From Cyanobium sp. (GTDB taxonomy: Bacteria > Cyanobacteriota > Cyanobacteriia > PCC-6307 > Cyanobiaceae), in the NCBI GenBank assembly GCA_007135755.1, contig SLIG01000007.1, forward strand, positions 17,466 to 81,465: a DNA stretch of 64,000 nucleotides, given 5' to 3'. The translations under genes and the position numbers were made by a program. Position 1 is the first letter of the stretch, and the number at the start of each line of letters is the position of its first letter. The notes beneath the pieces were generated by a model. That model saw nothing but the letters and a program-made list of their open reading frames with translations, was not told the origin of the DNA and made no database searches. This document shows positions 1-9,616 of this stretch, in pieces.

Positions 1-429
1 GGGAATCTGGGCGAGACGGGCTGCGTGGGCTACCTGTTCGAGCAGCGCAGCGTGGCCTGGGTGCAGCTCCCCGGCCTTGATGAGGAGCGGCTTCTGGAGA
101 TCCTGCTGACCCTCGAGAGCGAGGCTGGGGTGAGCGTGCTCGGGTATGAGCTGGGGGCTGACGGAGCGGGACGCGGGGATGGGTCGGCCGACGTGGTGGC
201 GCCCTTCGAGCAGCTGGAGGCCCTGCAGGACGGCCTGCGCCGCCAGGGGCTGACCGTGAACGGCTGGGAGCACCGCTGGATCCCCCAGCTCAGCTGCCCG
301 CTCAGCGATCCCGAGCCGCTGCGGGCCTGCCTGCGCATGCTCGATGCCCTCGAGGAACTCGATGACGTGCGCGCCGTGACCACGAACCTGGAGGCCGACG
401 CCGCGCTGCTGGAGGAACTGATGGTTTGA
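1..429 (+). CDS. YebC/PmpR-family transcriptional regulator, C-terminal part (5' end outside the window)
   Basis: Frame 1 is open from base 1 (GNLGETGCVGYLFEQRSV...). Length and pattern fit the C-terminal half of YebC-like proteins. GC3-rich codon usage. Confidence 0.7.
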   Translation, partial: GNLGETGCVGYLFEQRSVAWVQLPGLDEERLLEILLTLESEAGVSVLGYELGADGAGRGDGSADVVAPFEQLEALQDGLRRQGLTVNGWEHRWIPQLSCPLSDPEPLRACLRMLDALEELDDVRAVTTNLEADAALLEELMV

Positions 430-447
430 GCCGGCGGCCTGGCGAGC

Positions 448-1227
448 TCAGGCGACACCGGCCACGCGGCTGAGGGCGGCCCGGTCGGCGACCACCTCCA
501 CGGCCGGGTGCCCCTGTAGCCAGCTGGCCGGCAGTTCGGGGGATGGCCGACGGCGCAGCAGACGCCCCAGCACATCCGCCTTGGCCGCTCCTGTGACCAC
601 CAGCAGGATGCGCCGGGCCGCCAGGATCTCCGCCAGGCCCAGGGTGATGGCCCACTCGGGCACCGCGGCTGGATCCCCGGCGAAGGCAGCGGCATTGTGC
701 CGGCGGGTGGCGGCGCAGAGCCGCACGGGCCGGCAGGTGCTGGTGGCGTCGCAGGGCGGCTCGTTGAAGCCCACATGGCCGTTCACCCCCAGGCCCAGCA
801 GCTGCAGGCCGATGCCGCCCGCAGCGCGGATCTCGGCCGCATAGCGCTGAGCCTCGGCCATGGGATCGGACGCCAGGCCATCGGGCAGCCGCACAGCGGC
901 TGGATCCAGCCCCAGCGGCTCGGTGAGACGGCCCTGCATGAAGGCGGCGAAGGAGCGGGGATGGCTGCAGCCCAGGCCCACGTACTCGTCGAGGTTGTAA
1001 CTCAGCCAGTGGCGGCGCAGGTGCTGGCTCTGCCCGTCCGACAGCCGCCGCGCCGCCTCCACCAGGGCGGCGTACACGGGCAGCATGGTGGCGCCGGTGG
1101 CCAGTCCCAGGCAGCTCGGCTGCGGCGCCAACGCGTGGCTGAGCAGCTCCCGGGCCACGTGGCGGGCCACGGCCTTGCCGTCATCCAGGAGGGTGAGGGC
1201 CAGCCTTGGAGGACTGTCTGCACTCAA
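448..1227 (-). CDS. nagB: Glucosamine-6-phosphate deaminase / 6-phosphogluconolactonase family protein (NagB-like)
   Basis: 259 aa with LGLATGATM, NLDEYVGL and LGLGVNGHVGFNEP motifs typical of NagB. Apparent TTG start. Confidence 0.75.
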   Translation of the reverse strand: MSADSPPRLALTLLDDGKAVARHVARELLSHALAPQPSCLGLATGATMLPVYAALVEAARRLSDGQSQHLRRHWLSYNLDEYVGLGCSHPRSFAAFMQGRLTEPLGLDPAAVRLPDGLASDPMAEAQRYAAEIRAAGGIGLQLLGLGVNGHVGFNEPPCDATSTCRPVRLCAATRRHNAAAFAGDPAAVPEWAITLGLAEILAARRILLVVTGAAKADVLGRLLRRRPSPELPASWLQGHPAVEVVADRAALSRVAGVA

Positions 1228-1233
1228 GCGGGC

Positions 1234-2610
1234 TCAGGGCTGGCCGAACGGTCGCAGCACCGTACCCCGGTAGTAATGGCTGAGGATGCGCTCGTGGCTC
1301 TCACCCCGGCGAGCCATGGCCAGGGCGCCCCACTGGCTCATGCCCACGCCGTGGCCGAAGCCGCGGCCCACGGCCAGCAGCGCCGGCTGGGGGGCGGGGC
1401 GAGCAGGCCCGTCCGCCAGGGAGTGAGCGGCGGGGCCAGCAGCGGCACCGGCAGACTTCACGACGGGGATCGGCAGCCGCGGTGTGGCACCTACTGACGG
1501 GACAATCGGTATCCCCATCGGCGCTGGCGGCAGCGGCGGGGACTGGGCCAGGGCAGGCTGGGGATCAAGCACCTCGAAGCGCACCTGGGTGCTGCGCAGC
1601 CCCAGGCGCGAGCGCAGCTGGGGCCCGGTGACCACCAGGGTGCCGCTGGGACCCACCACCCGGGCCTGGCGCACCCGTCCTGTGGCGGTGGTGGACAGCA
1701 CATCGATGCGGTACACCCCACCCGTTTCCGTGAAGGCCTGCCGCAGCCGGTCGGCGGGCAGCAGTTCCTGCCACTGGTGCACGGGACTGTCGTGATCGAA
1801 ATCGGGCACGCTCACCAGATAGGGCAGCTGCTGCTGCCAGATGTCACCGCTGTTTTCGGTGAGGCCACCGCTGCTGCTGTGAAACACGGTGTTGGCGAGG
1901 TTGGAGCCGAACATCAGCACCTGACCGCGGGTGCTGACCACGGCCTCACGGGTGGAGGCGGTCTCCGCCTCCAGGCCCTTGTAGACCTGGCTGCTGACCG
2001 TGGCCTTGAGGTCGTAGGCGGCAGCGGGTCTGAGCTGGCGCAGGGCGTAGGTGCGGGCGGCCACCGCCTGGGCACGCAGGGCCTGCTGGGGCCAGCTGGC
2101 GGGCATCTCGCTGCCCACCACGCTGGGCAGATAGATCTCCAGGGGCACGTGGTTGATGGCCTGCAGCTTGCCGCCGGAGGCCAGCAGGCGCAGCCGGCCC
2201 GGGTAGCGCCGTTGCTGCAGCTGGAAGACTCCGTCGGCCTGGGGAGCGGTGCCGGGAACGGGCTCCAGCCAGTAGGCCGACGATGGGGGCAGCTGAACGT
2301 TGGTGGGGGCCTGCCCGCCGCTGGCCCCCGGCAGCAGCAGACGCACGGTTCCGCCCTGGACGGACACGGTGGCGGTGGTGCGGGCGGGAAGCTGAACGCC
2401 GCCGGGCTGGATCCGCAGCGGCTGGCCCAGGGAGGCCAGCGACAGGGTCGGGCCTTCCGCCAGCAACACCCGCACGTCGGGCTCACCGGGGCGGGCCTGG
2501 AGGGGGGTATCGCCAGAGACGGCAGCTGGGACGGTGATGGCCACCAGAGCGAGCACCGGTGTCCACGGGCGCAGGGACAGCGACACGGTGAAGTTCACGG
2601 GGTCGCCCAT
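1234..2610 (-). CDS. SpoIID/LytB domain protein (peptidoglycan remodelling)
   Basis: Motifs [17 protein letters not shown] and [18 protein letters not shown] at 2610 gives an N-terminal signal/TM segment ([18 protein letters not shown]). The longer ORF to 2703 would overlap rnz. Confidence 0.8.
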   Translation of the reverse strand: MGDPVNFTVSLSLRPWTPVLALVAITVPAAVSGDTPLQARPGEPDVRVLLAEGPTLSLASLGQPLRIQPGGVQLPARTTATVSVQGGTVRLLLPGASGGQAPTNVQLPPSSAYWLEPVPGTAPQADGVFQLQQRRYPGRLRLLASGGKLQAINHVPLEIYLPSVVGSEMPASWPQQALRAQAVAARTYALRQLRPAAAYDLKATVSSQVYKGLEAETASTREAVVSTRGQVLMFGSNLANTVFHSSSGGLTENSGDIWQQQLPYLVSVPDFDHDSPVHQWQELLPADRLRQAFTETGGVYRIDVLSTTATGRVRQARVVGPSGTLVVTGPQLRSRLGLRSTQVRFEVLDPQPALAQSPPLPPAPMGIPIVPSVGATPRLPIPVVKSAGAAAGPAAHSLADGPARPAPQPALLAVGRGFGHGVGMSQWGALAMARRGESHERILSHYYRGTVLRPFGQP

Positions 2611-2650
2611 TGTGGCTGGCGTGGCAACATGCGCCAGAGGTCCTCCCCCT

Positions 2651-3631
2651 GTGCAGGTCACGTTTCTCGGCACCAGTTCCGGGGTGCCAACCCGGGGCCG
2701 CAATGTGTCCGCCGTGGCCCTGCGCCTGCCTCAGCGCGCAGAGCTCTGGCTGTTCGACTGCGGCGAGGGAACCCAGCATCAGTTCCTGCGCAGCGACCTG
2801 CGGGTGAGTCAGCTGCGGCGGATCTTCGTGACGCACATGCACGGCGACCATGTGTTTGGTCTGCCGGGCCTGCTGGCCAGTCTCGGCCTGGCGGGCACCT
2901 GCCCGGGCATCGACCTCTACGGCCCCGACCGGCTGCGCGATTTCCTCGAGGGGGTGCTGCACACCAGCTCCACCCGTATCAGCTACCCCCTGCGCCACCA
3001 CCGCGTGGGGCCGGCGGCGGCGGCCGGCACAGCGGTGCTGGAGCTGGAGGACATCAGCGTGCGCTGCACCCCCTTGACGCACCGGGTACCCGCCTTCGCC
3101 TACCGGGTGGATCAGAAGCCCCGCCCGGGGCGCTTCGATGTGGCCAGGGCCAGGCAACTGGGCATACCGCCGGGCCCGATCTACGCCCGGCTGAAGCAAG
3201 GGGCCAGCGTCACCCTGGAGGACGGGCGGATCATTAACGGCGCCAGCCTCTGCGGTCCGGAGAGGCCGGGCGCCAGCGTGGTGTACTGCACCGACACCGT
3301 GTTCTGTGAGGCGGCGGTGGAGCTGGCGGCAGGCGCCGATCTGCTCATCCATGAGAGCACCTTCGCCCACGCCGAGGCCGAGCTGGCCTTTGCCCGCCAG
3401 CACTCCACCACCACCATGGCGGCCCAGACGGCCCTGGCCGCGGGGGTGAAGCAGCTGGCCCTCACCCACTTCAGCCCCCGCTACGGGCCCGGCAACGCCG
3501 TCACCCCCGACGATCTGCTGGCGGAGGCCCGGGCGATCTTTCCCAGCACCGTGCTCGCCCGTGATTTTCTCAGCATCGATGTGCTGGCAGAGGAGCCGGA
3601 CGTGATGGCGGCGGATGGGCCAGGCGCCTGA
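2651..3631 (+). CDS. rnz: Ribonuclease Z (tRNA 3' endonuclease)
   Basis: [20 protein letters not shown]-terminus and metallo-beta-lactamase motif [14 protein letters not shown]. In-frame GTG at 2651 fits the homologue N-terminus. The ORF is open from 2534. Confidence 0.85.
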   Translation: MQVTFLGTSSGVPTRGRNVSAVALRLPQRAELWLFDCGEGTQHQFLRSDLRVSQLRRIFVTHMHGDHVFGLPGLLASLGLAGTCPGIDLYGPDRLRDFLEGVLHTSSTRISYPLRHHRVGPAAAAGTAVLELEDISVRCTPLTHRVPAFAYRVDQKPRPGRFDVARARQLGIPPGPIYARLKQGASVTLEDGRIINGASLCGPERPGASVVYCTDTVFCEAAVELAAGADLLIHESTFAHAEAELAFARQHSTTTMAAQTALAAGVKQLALTHFSPRYGPGNAVTPDDLLAEARAIFPSTVLARDFLSIDVLAEEPDVMAADGPGA

Positions 3632-3729
3632 GCCTGCAACAGTTCTCCCGAATCCGGAGCGGAGCCCCCGGCCCCCGTGATACAAGATCTGCGACGCGGT
3701 TGTCACCGCCAACCTTCCGGCTTCTCTCC

Positions 3730-4272
3730 ATGGCCTCCACCCCTCCGGCCTTCGCCACCCTCTCCCTCCACCGGGCCCTGCGCGCGTGCCTGCGCGCCCT
3801 GGTGGCCCTGCCCCTGATGTTCTCGCTCTGCGTGGGCTTCAGCGGTCCGGCCCTTGCCGCGCAGTGGACCGCCGAGCAGCTCACCGTGCCCGCCGGCCCC
3901 GATGGCAGCACCGTGACCTTCACCGAGCAGGAGATCAAGGCCGGGCGCAGGCAGTTCAACCGGAGCTGCGGCGAATGCCACGCCGGCGGAATCACCAAGA
4001 CCAACCAGAACGTGGGGCTGGATCCGGAGACCCTGGCCCTGGCCACCCCGTCACGGGACAACGTGGAGGCCCTGGTGGATTACATGAAGGATCCCACCAG
4101 CTACGACGGTGAGTACTCCATCGCCGATGTGCACCCCAGCATCCGCAGCAGCGACATCTTCGTGAAGATGCGCGATCTGGACGATGAGGATCTGCGCCTG
4201 ATGGCCGGTTTCATCCTCACCGCACCCAAGGCGCAGGGCGTGCAGTGGGGCGGCGGCAAGATCTACTTCTGA
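3730..4272 (+). CDS. psbV: Cytochrome c-550 (PsbV) of photosystem II
   Basis: Signal peptide followed by heme motif CGECHAGG and ...DNVEALVDYMKDPTSYDG... typical of PsbV. ATG at 3730; an in-frame TTG lies at 3700. Confidence 0.9.
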   Translation: MASTPPAFATLSLHRALRACLRALVALPLMFSLCVGFSGPALAAQWTAEQLTVPAGPDGSTVTFTEQEIKAGRRQFNRSCGECHAGGITKTNQNVGLDPETLALATPSRDNVEALVDYMKDPTSYDGEYSIADVHPSIRSSDIFVKMRDLDDEDLRLMAGFILTAPKAQGVQWGGGKIYF

Positions 4273-4328
4273 CCCCTTCGCCGCAAGCCGGCTTCTCCAA
4301 CCCCGGGAGCCAACGCAGTGGACGCCTC

Positions 4329-4354
4329 ACCGGTGCCTCAGGCACCGGTTTTTT
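4329..4354 (+). terminator. Rho-independent terminator after psbV
   Basis: ACCGGTGCC-TCA-GGCACCGGT perfect 9-bp stem followed by TTTTTT. Confidence 0.8.
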
Positions 4355-4793
4355 CATGGGAATCAATCGGCTCCTGGCCCGCTGCTTCCGCCCCGCCGTG
4401 GGCTGAACCTGTGGGGGGTGAGACGTTGGCGGGATCCATGGAGCCAGGCTGCTTGCTGTACCACCACTCCTGCAGGGCAGGCCGCAGCCGCACGGGGAAC
4501 AACGTCACCACCGTGCGGGTGGGCCTGGCACCGGGCAGCAGCAGGTCCACGGCGTAGGAGGGACAGCGGCGGGCGGCCAGGTCGGCCACGAAACGGCGGC
4601 CGACGCGGCGCCAGCTGGGCTCCTTGCTGCGCCAGGCCAGGCGGCAGCAGGGCCAGGGCAGCTCATCACGGTCAAACAGGCGGCAGCAGGGCCCCAGGAT
4701 CCGGTAGCTGTACTGGCCGCCGGCGCTGGTGTGTTCAGAGCCGGGCGGCAGCAGCTGCTTAGCGGCGCGGGCGAACGGGAACAGGGCAGACAT
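4338..4793 (-). CDS. Hypothetical protein with duplicated PCCRL motif
   Basis: 151 aa from the ATG at 4793 (MSALFPFARAAKQLL...). Host-like GC3 codon usage. Two PCCRL motifs 13 residues apart. No family recognised. Confidence 0.5.
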   Translation of the reverse strand: MSALFPFARAAKQLLPPGSEHTSAGGQYSYRILGPCCRLFDRDELPWPCCRLAWRSKEPSWRRVGRRFVADLAARRCPSYAVDLLLPGARPTRTVVTLFPVRLRPALQEWWYSKQPGSMDPANVSPPTGSAHGGAEAAGQEPIDSHEKTGA

Positions 4794-4794
4794 G

Positions 4795-4817
4795 AAAAAG
4801 CCACCCCGGAGGGTGGC
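4795..4817 (-). terminator. Rho-independent terminator after petF
   Basis: Minus strand reads GCCACCC-TCCG-GGGTGGC followed by TTTTT, 30 nt downstream of the petF stop. Confidence 0.75.
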
Positions 4818-4848
4818 GGAAGGATGGGCCGGATTCAACCCACTGGGC

Positions 4849-5148
4849 TCAATAGAGCTCTTCTTCGGCGTGGGTGGTGATGGTGCAGTCGCTGGTGGGG
4901 TAGGCGACGCAGGTGAGCACGAAGCCCGCCTCAATCTGATCGTCGTCGAGGAAGCTCTGGTCGGACTGGTCAACGGTTCCGGCGGTGAGCTTGCCGGCAC
5001 AGGTGCTGCAGGCACCGGCGCGGCAGGAGTACGGAAGGTCGATGCCCTGCTCTTCAGCGGCGTCGAGGATGTACTGGTCGTCGGGAACCTCGATGGTCTT
5101 GTTGAGGCCCTCGCTCTCGTTGATGAGGGTGACCTTGTAGGAAGCCAT
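4849..5148 (-). CDS. petF: Ferredoxin I, plant-type [2Fe-2S]
   Basis: [54 protein letters not shown], the canonical PetF sequence and cysteine pattern. Confidence 0.95.
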   Translation of the reverse strand: MASYKVTLINESEGLNKTIEVPDDQYILDAAEEQGIDLPYSCRAGACSTCAGKLTAGTVDQSDQSFLDDDQIEAGFVLTCVAYPTSDCTITTHAEEELY

Positions 5149-5326
5149 GGAAGGGATAGGGGCTCGCAGGCACCCGGGCGACCGGGCCTGTGGGACCTGC
5201 CCTTCCTACATCGGGCGGCCACCGTTCCTGTCGGTTTCGGGGGCTGGGCGGCGGAAGCCCAATCAAAGCCAGATCACCTATCAGCGTGCCTTATGCAACA
5301 CCCCGGCCAGCCGGGGCCGCCGCGCT

Positions 5327-6226
5327 TCAGGCCCTGCGAATCGTCAGCAAACCCCAGTCGCTCTGGCGGGCCGTGAGGGCAGCACTCCACCCCTGGGCCG
5401 CCAGCGCCTGGCGCAGCCGCGGCTCCTGGGACACCAGCAGGCCGCTCAGCAACCCCAGCCCAGCCGGGGCGAGCACGGCCTCGAAGGCGGGGCAGAGGGC
5501 CTCGATCACCGAGGCCAGGATGTTGCATAGCAGCAGGTCGGCCGGCCGCGACTCCAGCAGCTCCGCCAACGTTTCCACCGAGCCCTGCCGCACCCGCAGA
5601 CGCTGCTGCAGGCCGCAGGCCCGGGCGTTGCCGGCCGTGGCCCGCACCGCCAGGGGATCGGTGTCCACCGCGGCCACGGACGGGGCGCCGAGCTGCAGGG
5701 CGGCAAGGCCGAGGATGCCGCTGCCACAACCCAGATCTGCCACCCGCAGGCCGCTCAGGTCCGGGGCCATCCCCTCCAGGGCCTCCAGGCAGAGCCGGGT
5801 GGTGGGATGGCTGCCTGTGCCGAAGACACTGCCGGGATCCATGCGGATCACCAACCTCTGGGCGCAATCGGCAGGCACCTCCAACCAGGAGGGGAGAATC
5901 AGCAGCCGCTCGCCCACCGGGTCGGGGCGCCAGTGCTGCTTCCAGCTCAGGCTCCAGTCCTCATCGTCCTGCTGCTCCCAGCTGATCGGCGGCAGGGGCA
6001 GGCCGAAGGGCTCCGCCAGGGGCGCCAGGGCCGCCTGCAGCCGCTGGCGCTCAGGCTCGGGCCAGTCGGCGGCCGGCAGCCAGGCCAGCAGCTGCCGCTG
6101 GTCGGGGTGTTCCGGGCGGTGACGCACGGCGAGGCGGGGAATGCCCAGGCTGTCGAGTTTCCAGAGCAGGGATTCCTCCAGCTCCGGGGGGCAGGGCATC
6201 TGCAGACGCCACCAGGACTGAGGCAT
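5327..6226 (-). CDS. prmA: Ribosomal protein L11 methyltransferase
   Basis: 299 aa. SAM motif VADLGCGSGILGLAA and FGTGSHPTTRLCLEALE, typical of PrmA. Confidence 0.85.
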   Translation of the reverse strand: MPQSWWRLQMPCPPELEESLLWKLDSLGIPRLAVRHRPEHPDQRQLLAWLPAADWPEPERQRLQAALAPLAEPFGLPLPPISWEQQDDEDWSLSWKQHWRPDPVGERLLILPSWLEVPADCAQRLVIRMDPGSVFGTGSHPTTRLCLEALEGMAPDLSGLRVADLGCGSGILGLAALQLGAPSVAAVDTDPLAVRATAGNARACGLQQRLRVRQGSVETLAELLESRPADLLLCNILASVIEALCPAFEAVLAPAGLGLLSGLLVSQEPRLRQALAAQGWSAALTARQSDWGLLTIRRA

Positions 6227-6252
6227 GACGATGGCGCGTCGGGTCAGACCGC

Positions 6253-7842
6253 TCAGAGCAGGGTCACCGGGTGGGCCTCCTGAATGCCATCGATCCCGTG
6301 GATGCTCTCCAGCAGGCTGGCGGGAATCGGGTCGTCGAGGCTGAGCACCATCACGGCATCGCCGCGCACGATCCGGCGCCCCACCTGCATGGAGGCGATG
6401 TTGACATTGTGCTCACCCAGCACCGAGCCGATGCAGCCGATGATCCCGGGCATGTCGCGGTGGCGGGTGAACAGCATGTGGCGGCTGGGGCTCACCGACA
6501 CGGGGAACTCGTCGATGGCGGTGACGCGCAGGTCGCCATCACCGAACACGGCCCCGCTGACGCTGTGGTTCCCCTTGCTGCTGCGGGAGCGGAGTTCCAG
6601 GGAGCCGCCGGCATAGTCACGGGCCGCCTCATCCTTCACCTCCAGCACGTGGATGCCGCGGTCCTTGGCTTCCAGGCTGGCGTTCACATAGTTGATGGCA
6701 TCGCCCAGAGCGGTGGAGAGCACCCCCTTGAGCACCGCCACCACCAGGGGCTGGGCGGGATGGGCGGCAAACTCACCCTGCAGCCTCACCTCCAGCTCAC
6801 TGATCTGGCCGCCGGCCAGCTGACTGAGCAGCTGGCCGAGGGTTTCCGCCAGCTGCAGATGGGGCCGGAGCTGCTCCATCACCTCGGCATTGAGGCCAGG
6901 GATGTTCACGGCGCTGCGGGCCGGCTGCCCGAGCAACACATCGCGGATCTGCTCGGCCACATCGATGGCCACGTTCTCCTGGGCCTCGGCGGTGCTGGCC
7001 CCCAGGTGGGGAGTGAGCACCAGCCGCTCCTTCACGGTGCGCAGCGCTGAATCGGCCGCCAGAGGTTCCTTGGCGAACACATCGAGGGCGGCGCCGGCGA
7101 TCACGCCCGCCTCCACCGCCTCGGCCAGGGCCGCCTCATCCACGATCCCGCCCCGGGCGCAGTTCACCAGCCGGGCCGTGGGCTTCATGGTGCGCAGCAG
7201 CTCGGCATTCACCAGGTTCTCGGTGTCGGGGGTGCGCTGCAGGTGCAGGGTGACGTAATCGGCCTGGACGAACAGATCGGCCAGGGGCAGCAGCTTCACC
7301 TGCATGCTCTGGGCCCGTTCCTCGGAGACGAACGGGTCGTAGGCCAGCAGCTCCATACCCATCGCCTTGGCCACCCGGGCCACATGGGAGCCGATCTTGC
7401 CCAGGCCCACCACGCCGAGCTTCTTCTTGTAGAGCTCGTTCCCCACGTAGGTCTTGCGGTCCCAGCCGCCGGCCATGGTGCTGGCGTGGGCGTGGGGCAC
7501 ATGGCGCGAGAGGGAGAGCATCAGCGCCAGGGCATGCTCAGCGGCGGCGATCGTGTTGCCCTCGGGAGAGTTCACCACCAGCACGCCGCGCCGGGTGGCG
7601 GCGGGCACGTCCACGTTGTCGACGCCCACCCCGGCCCGGCCGATGATGCGCAGCTTTGTGGCGGCCTCGATGATCTCAGCGGTCACCGTGGTGCCCGAGC
7701 GGATCATCAGGCCCTCGTAGTCGCCGACGATCGCCTTGAGGTCCTCGGCCGACAGGCCGGTGCGCACATCGACAGTGGCCACCTGGGAGAGGATGTCGAT
7801 CCCCGCCTGGTCAATGGGATCGGAAACGAGAACCTTGGTCAT
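6253..7842 (-). CDS. serA: D-3-phosphoglycerate dehydrogenase (with C-terminal ACT domain)
   Basis: 529 aa. MTKVLVSDPIDQAGIDIL N-terminus, NAD motif GVVGLGKIGSHVA, long-form SerA architecture. Confidence 0.9.
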   Translation of the reverse strand: MTKVLVSDPIDQAGIDILSQVATVDVRTGLSAEDLKAIVGDYEGLMIRSGTTVTAEIIEAATKLRIIGRAGVGVDNVDVPAATRRGVLVVNSPEGNTIAAAEHALALMLSLSRHVPHAHASTMAGGWDRKTYVGNELYKKKLGVVGLGKIGSHVARVAKAMGMELLAYDPFVSEERAQSMQVKLLPLADLFVQADYVTLHLQRTPDTENLVNAELLRTMKPTARLVNCARGGIVDEAALAEAVEAGVIAGAALDVFAKEPLAADSALRTVKERLVLTPHLGASTAEAQENVAIDVAEQIRDVLLGQPARSAVNIPGLNAEVMEQLRPHLQLAETLGQLLSQLAGGQISELEVRLQGEFAAHPAQPLVVAVLKGVLSTALGDAINYVNASLEAKDRGIHVLEVKDEAARDYAGGSLELRSRSSKGNHSVSGAVFGDGDLRVTAIDEFPVSVSPSRHMLFTRHRDMPGIIGCIGSVLGEHNVNIASMQVGRRIVRGDAVMVLSLDDPIPASLLESIHGIDGIQEAHPVTLL

Positions 7843-7954
7843 GCCCGGCGGGAGAAGGTCAGCCGGGGGTGCAGTGTAGTGACGGCCCCCTGCTGCAGCC
7901 CCTCGGGCGCAGCGGCCAGAATCAATCCGGCAACGCGCGAATGGGAGTCCGATC

Positions 7955-8455
7955 TTGACCAGTGTGGTGGTGGTGGTCGATGACCTGAAGCGTCTGCATC
8001 AGGTTCGTGATCGGCTTGCCGCCCTGCAGCCGCCGCCGGCCCAGCTGATCGCCGTGGGTGCCGGCGAGACGGCCATGGACGCGGTGGAGCGGCTCAACCC
8101 GGCTGCCGGTCGCCGGCGCCGGCAGCGCTCCCTGGCCCGCTGGTTGATTCCCTTCGGCTTCTTCGCCGGCCTCACGTTCACCTTCATCACCGACCTCGAC
8201 ACCTTCGCCTTCGCCGGCGACTGGGGCTCCCACCTGATCGGCGGTCTGCTGGGCCTGGGCTCGGGCTGGATGGGCAGCTTTGCCGCAGCCGCCAGCGTGC
8301 GCTCTGAGCAGGACGACCGCCTACGCAGCCTGCGCAACCGCGTGGAGGAAGGCAGCTGGCTGCTGCTGGTGGAAACCGCCGCCGGCGCCGAGATGCCCTG
8401 GAGCACTCTGCAGCAGGCCCGTCCCCAGGCGGTGGTGCGCCTGGGCGACAGCTGA
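7955..8455 (+). CDS. Conserved hypothetical membrane protein
   Basis: 166 aa with two central hydrophobic segments (WLIPFGFFAGLTFTFI, LIGGLLGLGSGWMGSF). Its stop overlaps the next start (TGATG). TTG or GTG start. Confidence 0.55.
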   Translation: MTSVVVVVDDLKRLHQVRDRLAALQPPPAQLIAVGAGETAMDAVERLNPAAGRRRRQRSLARWLIPFGFFAGLTFTFITDLDTFAFAGDWGSHLIGGLLGLGSGWMGSFAAAASVRSEQDDRLRSLRNRVEEGSWLLLVETAAGAEMPWSTLQQARPQAVVRLGDS

Positions 8456-9246
8456 TGCTGCCGCGCGTTGCGCTGCTCGAGGGCAGCTGCGATCCGGCCG
8501 CCCTGGCCAGCGTGCTCGATGCCGCCGACACGGCACTGCGCACCTGGGAGCCCTGCTGGACGGGCTTTCTCGATCCCGCCGTGCGCGACGAGGTCCTGCA
8601 ACGCCTTGAGCCCCTGGCGGAACTGGAGGTTCACAGCGACGGCGGCTTCGCCGGGGCAGAACGGCAGTGCCTGCTGCTGCAGCGCAGCCAGGATGAGCGT
8701 GCTCTGGACCGTCAGATCCCAGGGGCCGATCTGGCCGGGCTTGAGATCAGCGGCAACTTTCTCTTCGATCCGGCCGAACCCGCCGATCTGCGCCAGGCCC
8801 TGCTCGACCTGGGCACAGCCCCCGGGGCGATCGGCGATCTCTGGATGCGCGGTGACCGGGGCGGCCAGGGCGTGCTGAGCGGCGCCGCGGTCCGCAGCCT
8901 CGATGGGCTGGCGGGCCTGGTGCGCAGCGTGGAGGTGCGGCTGCAGGCCAGGCCCATCGACACGCTGCAGGTTCCCGTGCGCCGGCAGCCGCGGCGCTGG
9001 CACAGCGTGGAGGCCTCCTGCCGGCTGGATGCGGTCGCCTCCGCCGGCTTCGGGGTGTCGCGCACACGCATGGCCGAGCTGATCCGCAGCGGCCAGGTGC
9101 GCGTGAACTGGGGGGTGATCAACCGATCCAGCCGGGAACTGGCCGCAGGCGATCGGGTGCAGATCGCCGGCCGCGGTGAGCTGGCCGTGCTCAGCATTCA
9201 GCCCACGAAGCGCCAGCGCTGGCGGATCGAGCTGGAACGCCGCTGA
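8455..9246 (+). CDS. S4-domain RNA-binding protein (photosystem II S4 domain protein family)
   Basis: 263 aa. C-terminal S4 signature RLDAVASAGFGVSRTRMAELIRSGQVRVNW. Layout matches the cyanobacterial S4 family. Confidence 0.7.
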   Translation: MLPRVALLEGSCDPAALASVLDAADTALRTWEPCWTGFLDPAVRDEVLQRLEPLAELEVHSDGGFAGAERQCLLLQRSQDERALDRQIPGADLAGLEISGNFLFDPAEPADLRQALLDLGTAPGAIGDLWMRGDRGGQGVLSGAAVRSLDGLAGLVRSVEVRLQARPIDTLQVPVRRQPRRWHSVEASCRLDAVASAGFGVSRTRMAELIRSGQVRVNWGVINRSSRELAAGDRVQIAGRGELAVLSIQPTKRQRWRIELERR

Positions 9247-9515
9247 GGGCTGCGCCTGCGAGGGCCGGATCCGGGCGCAACTGGGCTGCTAGCTTTCTGC
9301 AGCACGGGAAACCGACAAACCCACCATGGATTCACCACCCCAGAGTGGTGCCCCATGGAGTCGACGCCACCTCGGCTGAACCCACCACACTGAAAACCAC
9401 CACTCACGGGTTTCAGTTCCTTGCGTCAAGACACCCTGCCCCAGGGCAGGTCCAATGTGTCAGATTCCGCACCATTGCGCAACGCGATGCGTGACGCGAT
9501 CGGCTTGACAATCAA

Positions 9516-9587
9516 GGGCGATTAGCTCAGAGGTAGAGCACTACCTTGACACGGTAGGAGTCACTGGTTCGATTCCAGTATCGCCCA
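9516..9587 (+). tRNA. tRNA-Val (anticodon GAC)
   Basis: Manual cloverleaf: acceptor GGGCGAT/ATCGCCC, D stem GCTC/GAGC, anticodon stem CTACC/GGTAG with loop TTGACAC, T arm ACTGG-TTCGATT-CCAGT. CCA is not encoded. Confidence 0.93.
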
Positions 9588-9616
9588 CTTCTTTCAGCGG
9601 AAGTTTCTGTCCAGCC

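Noticed and set aside
4794-5222. Upstream part of the 294-aa ORF 4338..5222 (-), in an alternative frame of the same strand as petF
   Set aside because: This part overlaps the canonical petF gene and its terminator and is Pro/Ser/Thr/Ala low-complexity. Only the portion downstream of the ATG at 4793 was kept, as a hypothetical CDS.
9400-9480. AAGGAAC-containing stretch on the minus strand, reminiscent of the 3' half of the glutamine (glnA RNA) riboswitch
   Set aside because: The required partner elements (CGUUC P1 strand, ACGGAAGUAGG) are not present in the right arrangement. No minus-strand gene lies downstream that it could regulate.
9505-9510. Perfect TTGACA hexamer just 5' of tRNA-Val
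   Set aside because: It ends only 5 nt before the mature tRNA 5' end, so it cannot be the -35 box of the tRNA promoter. No matching -10 box serves murD either. It is probably fortuitous.
9516-9587. tRNA-Val as a possible genomic-island integration site
   Set aside because: No integrase, no direct repeat of the tRNA 3' end, and the flanking genes (S4-domain protein, murD) are core genes.
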